A stretch of 64,000 bases of DNA, from NCBI GenBank assembly GCA_034716155.1, contig JAYEFR010000082.1:427-64426 (forward strand). Direction: 5' to 3'. A program made the translations under genes and the position numbers. Origin of the DNA: Thermodesulfobacteriota bacterium (GTDB lineage: Bacteria > Desulfobacterota > Desulfomonilia > UBA1062). Below the pieces are notes generated by a model. The model was not told where the DNA came from, did not search any database, and was given only the letters and a program-made list of their open reading frames with translations. Shown here in pieces: positions 58,144 to 64,000 of this stretch (position 1 is its first letter; each line of letters opens with the position of its first letter).

Positions 58144-59139
58144 CTACTTTTTAGCCTTGCGGGCCCTATTTACTGCCTTGTTATGCTCTGCAAGTGTAGA
58201 GGAAAAATCATGATGCCCATCTCCTTTTGATACAAAATACAGATAATCCACCTTGGCAGGATAAAGTATCGCGGTAATGGCACTCCCGCCCGGATTACAT
58301 ATAGGCCCTGGAGGAAGGCCGGAATGTCTGTATGTGTTGTATGTCGAATCACGCAAGAGATCCTTCTTTGATATCTTCCCTTGAAAACCTTCTATACCAT
58401 ATATAGCAGTAGGGTCTGACTGCAATCTCATGCCTTTCTTTAATCTATTATGAAACACAGCAGAGATTATAGGCATCTCTTGAAGATACACCGCCTCTTT
58501 CTCCACAATGGACGCGAGTGTAATAATTTCATTCTCCGAAAGCCCCCACTCCCTTGCTTTGTTTGCAAGATTTGGAGTATAAAAGTGATAAAGCTGAGTT
58601 ACCATTATCCCTATTATCTCAAGAGGTGTCATGTCAGGAGACAAAAAATAGGTCTCCGGAAAGAGATATCCTTCCATGGCAGGGGCATCCAAGTCAAAAA
58701 ATTCGGCTGTCTGCCTTGAGCATGCTAATTTTATAAACTCATGTCTGTCGACCAGGCCTTTAGCCGACAAGACATCTGCTACATCAAATATATTGGACCC
58801 CTCAGGGATAGTAACCTTATACCTTATGGTCTTCCCACGAAAGAGGGCGTCTATAATCCCTTTAGGACAAAGCTCTCCTTCAAATACATATACCCCTGCC
58901 TGAAGATGCCTGGCCTTTTGAGAATACAGCGCCACAAGCATAAAGAGCGAGGCATTTGAAACAACACCTCTTTCCTCAAGTTCTTTAGAAATATTCCATG
59001 CACTTGTGCCACTTTTGATATTTATGTCTACTGGTGCATTTAATAAAACAGGTGTAGTTATGAAAACATAGATATGGATAACACCTATTATAATAAGAGA
59101 GGATACTATAGAGAAAAATAAGCCCCTGCAATCCTTCAT
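58144..59139 (-). CDS. mltG: Endolytic murein transglycosylase MltG (YceG family)
   Basis: N-terminal TM anchor plus YceG-like core (...KVTIPEGSNIFDVADVL...). Confidence 0.8.
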   Translation of the reverse strand: MKDCRGLFFSIVSSLIIIGVIHIYVFITTPVLLNAPVDINIKSGTSAWNISKELEERGVVSNASLFMLVALYSQKARHLQAGVYVFEGELCPKGIIDALFRGKTIRYKVTIPEGSNIFDVADVLSAKGLVDRHEFIKLACSRQTAEFFDLDAPAMEGYLFPETYFLSPDMTPLEIIGIMVTQLYHFYTPNLANKAREWGLSENEIITLASIVEKEAVYLQEMPIISAVFHNRLKKGMRLQSDPTAIYGIEGFQGKISKKDLLRDSTYNTYRHSGLPPGPICNPGGSAITAILYPAKVDYLYFVSKGDGHHDFSSTLAEHNKAVNRARKAKK

Positions 59140-59549
59140 GTACTTAGTGAATCAAGATACCCTTTGAGAATAAAACCGGCTGCTATCTTATCACGAACCT
59201 GCCTTTGCCTTTTCCTGCGTACATTAGAACGGGTAAGAAGATCTTGAGCCTCATAAGTGGTGAGCCGTTCATCCCAAAGTGTTACCGGTAGACCAATGCT
59301 CTCTTCTAATTGCCTCGACCATTCTATAATACTGTTACCACAGTCTCCTATGCTTCCGTCCATATTGTATGGGAGCCCCACGATTACGTGTGTTATGTTA
59401 TATCCCTTTGCAATGTCTTTGATCCTTTCTATGTGGGAATTATCTCCTCTCACATCAACTACCTCAAGTGGGTGCGCCATTGTGCACAACGGGTCACTGA
59501 TAGCCACACCTATCCTTTTTGTGCCATAATCAATGCCCATAAACCTCAT
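59136..59549 (-). CDS. ruvX: Holliday-junction resolvase-like protein RuvX/YqgF
   Basis: MRFMGIDYGTKRIGVAISD... is the canonical YqgF N-terminus; the start overlaps the mltG gene. Confidence 0.85.
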   Translation of the reverse strand: MRFMGIDYGTKRIGVAISDPLCTMAHPLEVVDVRGDNSHIERIKDIAKGYNITHVIVGLPYNMDGSIGDCGNSIIEWSRQLEESIGLPVTLWDERLTTYEAQDLLTRSNVRRKRQRQVRDKIAAGFILKGYLDSLST

Positions 59550-59550
59550 A

Positions 59551-60573
59551 TTAACCACCAGTCAGCTGCCTCATGGATTTCAGGGCGTTCATCTCACCAA
59601 TACAGACAAGGATATCCCCTTTAGATAGTGAGTATTCTGCAGGCGGATTAAATATCATATCCCCTTCACCACCCTTTACAGCTACTACAGTCAGCTCCAG
59701 ATCCTTCCTTATTGGAGAGTCTCTTAATGTCTTGTCAATAAGAGCAGATGAGGCATTTATCTTAAATTCCTCCATCTGGATATGCAAGTCTTCCCGCTTT
59801 TCTCCTCCTGTTGCCAGTTGTACAAAATCCACCACTGTGGGCTTTAAGATTATATTAGCCATATGCCGCCCACCTATCATATATGGAGAGACTACCCTAT
59901 CCGCACCTGCCCGTTTTATATTCCTTGTGGAATCCTCGGTCTCTGCCCTGGCAAGGATAAAGATGCTTGGATTTAGTTCCCTTGCAATAAGTGTTATATA
60001 CACATTTGTCACATCAGATGCCGCCGTTGCTATAAGACACTTGGCCCTCTCGATCCCTCCCTTTATCAGGGTCTCCTCTTTTGTGGCATCACCTAGTATA
60101 TAGGGTATATTCTCCATCTCCAAAGGGTGTACGGCGGAAGGCTCTGGGTCTATCACTACAAAGGGCCGCTTATTTGCCTGCAATTCCTTCCACACAAGGC
60201 ATCCTATCCTGCCATTACCACATATAATATAATGCTGTTGCATGCTTGTTATCTTTTTATTCAACCTCCTCCTCCCTAAAATATTTTGTATTTCACCTTC
60301 TATAATAAATTGGGCAACTGTTGCAAAACCGTATGCAGCAGTTCCAACCCCTATAAAGATAATAAAGACATCAAAGACCTTGCCGGCGCTTGATAATGGC
60401 TGAACCTCTCTATAGCCTATAGTAGTAATGGTTATAAGGGTCATAAAAAAAGAATCCAGAGCCCCCCAGCCTTCTATAAAATGAAAGCCAACAGTCCCCA
60501 CTATAAATAGAAGGGAAAATAAACTGATTACTACCTTAAGTTTGTCTTCGATGGGGGTATCTCTTACTGCCAA
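59551..60573 (-). CDS. Two-TM pore-loop cation channel with RCK (TrkA-N/TrkA-C) domains (Kch/MthK-like), with a non-canonical TIGYRE filter
   Basis: Two TM helices flank a pore helix ...FFMTLITITTIGYREV...; Rossmann-like ...YIICGNGRIGC... RCK domain follows. Confidence 0.7.
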   Translation of the reverse strand: MAVRDTPIEDKLKVVISLFSLLFIVGTVGFHFIEGWGALDSFFMTLITITTIGYREVQPLSSAGKVFDVFIIFIGVGTAAYGFATVAQFIIEGEIQNILGRRRLNKKITSMQQHYIICGNGRIGCLVWKELQANKRPFVVIDPEPSAVHPLEMENIPYILGDATKEETLIKGGIERAKCLIATAASDVTNVYITLIARELNPSIFILARAETEDSTRNIKRAGADRVVSPYMIGGRHMANIILKPTVVDFVQLATGGEKREDLHIQMEEFKINASSALIDKTLRDSPIRKDLELTVVAVKGGEGDMIFNPPAEYSLSKGDILVCIGEMNALKSMRQLTGG

Positions 60574-61433
60574 TGAAATTCCTTTACCTCTACCTGGAAC
60601 GATTTGCTCCTTAGTGCTGCATCACCGAAAAAGGCGGCTGCAAAAGGTATATCAACCGGTAAAGGTGACATCTCTATATCTGCAGGCCTAGAGTCCAGTA
60701 AGGCATTTATCTCACTACTTCCCTGTCTTGTAAATTCAGATGAATTAGGAATAATCCCAGCATAAACATCACGTGAGGCTATAAGATTTTTATTACGGTC
60801 ATAAACCCTTGCTTGGACAAGAATATAATCCACCGGACGCTTCGTAAGCCTTTTAACCATACCTTTTATTACCAGCACCGTACCTTCTTTATAGTTGTTG
60901 AGTATCTCATAGGTAACACTACTTTCAGGGATATTAAAGAAGGGCCCCCTTTCCAGCATGCCCTGGGTTGTATCCTCCGGTGGGCTGTATAATTCAAACA
61001 ATCTCTCCCTCATAAACCATGCTAAGATACCTATTATTATCAAGATTATCAATACAACCAATAAGGATATCTTCCTTCCTTTTTTCTTTGCCTTGGAGGA
61101 TAGTTGTGTATCTACTTGATCGATTCCTAATTGCTCATCTGATCCCAAGATAGAATCAATTTCCTTTATAACAGATTCGGGCTGAATTTGAATAGCCTCT
61201 TCATCGCTTGCCTTTTCTTTGTCCTCTTGAGCTGGGCCCTCAATTTGTTCTTGTAATACATCTTTTTGTGTCTCTAGAACCTCTTCTATTTCCTCCTCTA
61301 AAGGCATATTTTTAAGTCTATCGAACGTGAATACATGAGAACATATGCTACATCGCATCCTGATCTTTTTTCTTGTGAGTATGCTGTCATCTACTTTAAA
61401 TTTACTCTGGCAGTTAGGGCATTCTATTATCAT
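60564..61433 (-). CDS. Zinc-ribbon (MJ0042-type) plus DUF3426 membrane protein
   Basis: MIIECPNCQSKFKVDD...RMRCSICSHVF zinc ribbon, acidic linker, single TM, DUF3426-like C-terminus. Confidence 0.6.
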   Translation of the reverse strand: MIIECPNCQSKFKVDDSILTRKKIRMRCSICSHVFTFDRLKNMPLEEEIEEVLETQKDVLQEQIEGPAQEDKEKASDEEAIQIQPESVIKEIDSILGSDEQLGIDQVDTQLSSKAKKKGRKISLLVVLIILIIIGILAWFMRERLFELYSPPEDTTQGMLERGPFFNIPESSVTYEILNNYKEGTVLVIKGMVKRLTKRPVDYILVQARVYDRNKNLIASRDVYAGIIPNSSEFTRQGSSEINALLDSRPADIEMSPLPVDIPFAAAFFGDAALRSKSFQVEVKEFHWQ

Positions 61434-61436
61434 AAA

Positions 61437-61958
61437 CTACTCCCTGTCTTGAGGTTCTAATACATATATCTCTGGTAGGGCTCGGTATTTTTCTGCATAA
61501 TCTAAACCATAGCCTACAATGAATCCTTTTTCCAGATAAAATCCTGTAAAATCAGGTTTCATGTGTGCTTGCCTGCGCCAATTCTTATCAATTAGTGTGC
61601 AAATCTTAACAGAGGTCGCCCCCTTTGCCATAAGGTGTTCTTTAAACACATGTAGTGTATGCCCTGTATCCATTATGTCATCTACTATCAAAATGCTCTT
61701 ATCTTCTATGTCTATCTCAATATCCTTTAAGATCTTTACTTGCCCGGAAGGGCTATCGGAATCGCCATAGCTGGCTAGTCTCGCAAAATCCATCTCTAGG
61801 GGTAATTTTATTTTTCTTACAAGATCCGACATAAAGACAAAGCAACCCTTTAATATCCCTATAGCCACAAGATCGGAGTCCTTATAAGCAGTTGTTATCT
61901 CATCTGCCAGCTGATCAACCCTTGCAGCGATCTCTTCAGCTGTATACAAGACCCTCAT
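61437..61958 (-). CDS. hpt: Hypoxanthine(-guanine) phosphoribosyltransferase
   Basis: PRPP-binding motif ...ILIVDDIMDTGHTL... The ATG start at 61958 is preferred; the track's longer form starts from TTG at 61994. Confidence 0.85.
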   Translation of the reverse strand: MRVLYTAEEIAARVDQLADEITTAYKDSDLVAIGILKGCFVFMSDLVRKIKLPLEMDFARLASYGDSDSPSGQVKILKDIEIDIEDKSILIVDDIMDTGHTLHVFKEHLMAKGATSVKICTLIDKNWRRQAHMKPDFTGFYLEKGFIVGYGLDYAEKYRALPEIYVLEPQDRE

Positions 61959-62050
61959 AAAAAAACATATATAGCATTGGATAAGGACTGTCAATTAAAG
62001 TGTTTCTATCAGCGTAGAAAGCCGTCAACTTTTCACAACCATGTTGTCTT

Positions 62051-62106
62051 TTATATATATAGCTGATAGCTAAATGCTGATAGCTAAATGCTGATAGCTA
62101 AATATA
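62051..62106. repeat. Four perfect tandem copies of GCTGATAGCTAAAT (iteron-like array) immediately upstream of a TTGACC -35-like element
   Basis: Seen directly. The array is followed by TTGACC and the palindrome CCAAAAACATTTTTGG, ~100 bp upstream of the acyl-CoA synthetase start. Confidence 0.6.
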
Positions 62107-62203
62107 AGTTAGCTATTGACCCCAAAAACATTTTTGGAATAAGAGTATTCCTCTTTACACAAGGGCTGACGTTCATAACAAGAAGGGAGCTAGGAGTGAT
62201 ATT

Positions 62204-63682
62204 ATGAAAGATGAAATGCTTTTCCATAATCTAGACAAGATGTTTTTCCCAAATACTGTAGCAATAATAGGCGCCTCTGATGTCCCAGGCAAATGGGGTT
62301 TTTTGTTAACATCCAATATATTAGGTGGTGGATATAAGGGAAAGGTACTACCTGTAAACCCGAATAAAAAATCTATCATGGGGCTTAAGGTATATAACTG
62401 CCTGAAAGACATCCAAGAAGATGTGGATCTGGCAGTAATCACCATCCCCGCAAATTCTCTACCAAGTATCTTAGAGGATTGTATTGCCAAAGGTATACAC
62501 GCGGTAGTAGTTATCACATCGGGATTCAGCGAGGTAGGGAATAAAGGTGCTGAATTGGAAAGACGCATCTCAGAGATCGCCTCTAAAGGGGATCTTACCT
62601 TTATAGGTCCTAATACTATGGGGATTGTATCAGCACATAACAATCTTGTGGCTGTGGGGGCCCCATTAAGCCCTATAGAGGGAGGACTTGGTATAATCTC
62701 TCAAAGCGGGAACCTAGGGGTTCAGATCATCCAATGGGCTATGTCTAAAGGCATTGGTGTAGGTATCTATGCAGGTACAGGAAACGAGGCGCTCTTAAAG
62801 ACAACAGATATCCTTTCATATTTTGGCCATCGAGACGAAGTGAAGGCAATAGCGCTATATGTGGAAGGCATAGATGATGGAAGGACATTTATGGAGGTTA
62901 CAAGACAGATAACAAAGGCAAAGCCTGTAATAACACTAAAGGCAGGCAGGACAGCAACCGGGGCAATGGCAGCCAAATCTCATACCGGTTCTATGGCAGG
63001 TTCCTTTGAGGTATATAGCGCAGTCTTTAAACAGGCAGGGGTTATTCAGGTGGATAGCCCATCGGAACTGCTAAGCGTAGCAGGGGCTATGTCAATCCTT
63101 CCTATCCCAAGGGGTAATCGTGTTGGTATTATGAGTTTGGGTGGTGGCTGGGGTGTGGTCACTGCTGATGAGTGCGAAGGTGCGGGCCTTGAAATCCCCA
63201 CACTATCAGAAGACATTATAAAAGACCTGAGTAGCGAACTGCCAAGCTTTTGGAATAGGGCAAATCCAATAGATTTAGTGGGAGAGCCAGACCCGGATCT
63301 TCACATACATGCCCTTAATCTGCTGGCCAATTGGGATAAGGTTGATTCTATTATCGCTCTGGGTATAATAGGACAAACCTCTTTCTATAGAGCTACCTTA
63401 GCAAATCAAGAGAGGATCAGCGGCAAAAGGTTCAGGCGAGAGACCATTGACTCTATAATAAAAGCACGCTCTGATACAGAAAAAAGGTTCCTTACAGAGA
63501 TGGCAAGGCTGCAAAAAAAGACATCAAAACCTATCATAGCAATCTCTCTTGGTGGAGATGATGCAAGATTTGTAAATAGGATAGATGGCTATGGGAGTGT
63601 TACCACCCTCTCTACTCCGGAAGAGGCCGTAAATATAATTAAACATATGGCCAGGTATCGGAGATATCTCGATAATTTGTAA
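62204..63682 (+). CDS. Acyl-CoA synthetase (NDP/ADP-forming), alpha/CoA-binding subunit-like
   Basis: N-terminal CoA-binding Rossmann (...VAIIGASDVPGKWG...), succinyl-CoA-synthetase-like ligase-CoA domain; AGGAG RBS. Confidence 0.75.
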   Translation: MKDEMLFHNLDKMFFPNTVAIIGASDVPGKWGFLLTSNILGGGYKGKVLPVNPNKKSIMGLKVYNCLKDIQEDVDLAVITIPANSLPSILEDCIAKGIHAVVVITSGFSEVGNKGAELERRISEIASKGDLTFIGPNTMGIVSAHNNLVAVGAPLSPIEGGLGIISQSGNLGVQIIQWAMSKGIGVGIYAGTGNEALLKTTDILSYFGHRDEVKAIALYVEGIDDGRTFMEVTRQITKAKPVITLKAGRTATGAMAAKSHTGSMAGSFEVYSAVFKQAGVIQVDSPSELLSVAGAMSILPIPRGNRVGIMSLGGGWGVVTADECEGAGLEIPTLSEDIIKDLSSELPSFWNRANPIDLVGEPDPDLHIHALNLLANWDKVDSIIALGIIGQTSFYRATLANQERISGKRFRRETIDSIIKARSDTEKRFLTEMARLQKKTSKPIIAISLGGDDARFVNRIDGYGSVTTLSTPEEAVNIIKHMARYRRYLDNL

Positions 63683-63752
63683 CTACTTAGGTGGATAGGC
63701 TAATAACCCGAGCAGTTACAATAACTTTTAACATATCAGAGCCAATGTGAAG

Positions 63753-64000
63753 CATGACGAGCAAACTCATGATTCACAACTTGACACAAGCATCCTTTTC
63801 CTTTAATTATACCAATATGCCTTATATTAAAGAGAGGAGATCCTTTGCACGCAAACCTTTAAAAGATGTACTCGGTTTTATAGAACTAAAAGATCAAAAC
63901 CAAGAGGTTACCATAAATAATGCAAGCAAAGGTGGCGTGTGCATTGCAAGGACGATACTTCCCGTAGGTACAGTAGTACGCCTGCATATGGATATTCCCC
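63753..64000 (+). CDS. PilZ-domain protein (c-di-GMP receptor), 3' end beyond the window
   Basis: Hand-translated MTSKLMIHNL...ERRSFARKPL...NASKGGVCIA... shows the PilZ RxxxR and (D/N)xSxGG motifs; the ORF is still open at the window end. Confidence 0.5.

Noticed and set aside
55338-62106. Short tandem repeat arrays (CAATACTC x3; GCTGATAGCTAAAT x4) considered as CRISPR
   Set aside because: The units are contiguous with no spacers, only 8-14 bp long, and no cas genes are present; they are promoter-proximal direct repeats instead.

Overview
This 64 kb window looks like the chromosome of an anaerobic bacterium of moderate GC. The gene content suggests a Desulfobacterota/syntrophic lineage, but that is a guess. 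It is densely coding with housekeeping and catabolic genes. The main blocks are:
- an oppABCDF peptide transporter operon;
- a fatty-acid / 4-hydroxybutyrate-type cluster (tungsten-type aldehyde:ferredoxin oxidoreductase, 3-hydroxyacyl-CoA dehydrogenase, acetoacetate-decarboxylase-like protein, MaoC dehydratase, SDR, NMO/FabK-like reductase, a frameshifted 4-hydroxybutyryl-CoA dehydratase, butyryl-CoA dehydrogenase);
- serC, ion transporters, cutA, PfpI, nitroreductase;
- rph-rdgB followed by dnaA with no dnaN, so a probable origin region;
- LPS-core glycosyltransferases, two orphan response regulators (one with HD-GYP), mltG, ruvX, hpt, and an ADP-forming acyl-CoA synthetase.
The most unusual feature is a 1259-aa single-chain restriction-modification enzyme with MmeI-like type IIG/IIL motifs (PD-ExK, DPAAG, NPPY). 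It carries an in-frame insertion of a Y1 HuH (RAYT/IS200-like) transposase module flanked by three GTAG-hairpin REP copies. Intergenic space also holds several multi-copy MITE/REP-like repeat families that share a TTTATATGAAAA end motif; two inverted copies bracket the 5 kb rph-rdgB-dnaA segment. Further items are a 34-bp perfect palindrome, direct-repeat arrays in promoter regions, and candidate structured RNAs. No rRNA, tRNA or CRISPR arrays were seen.
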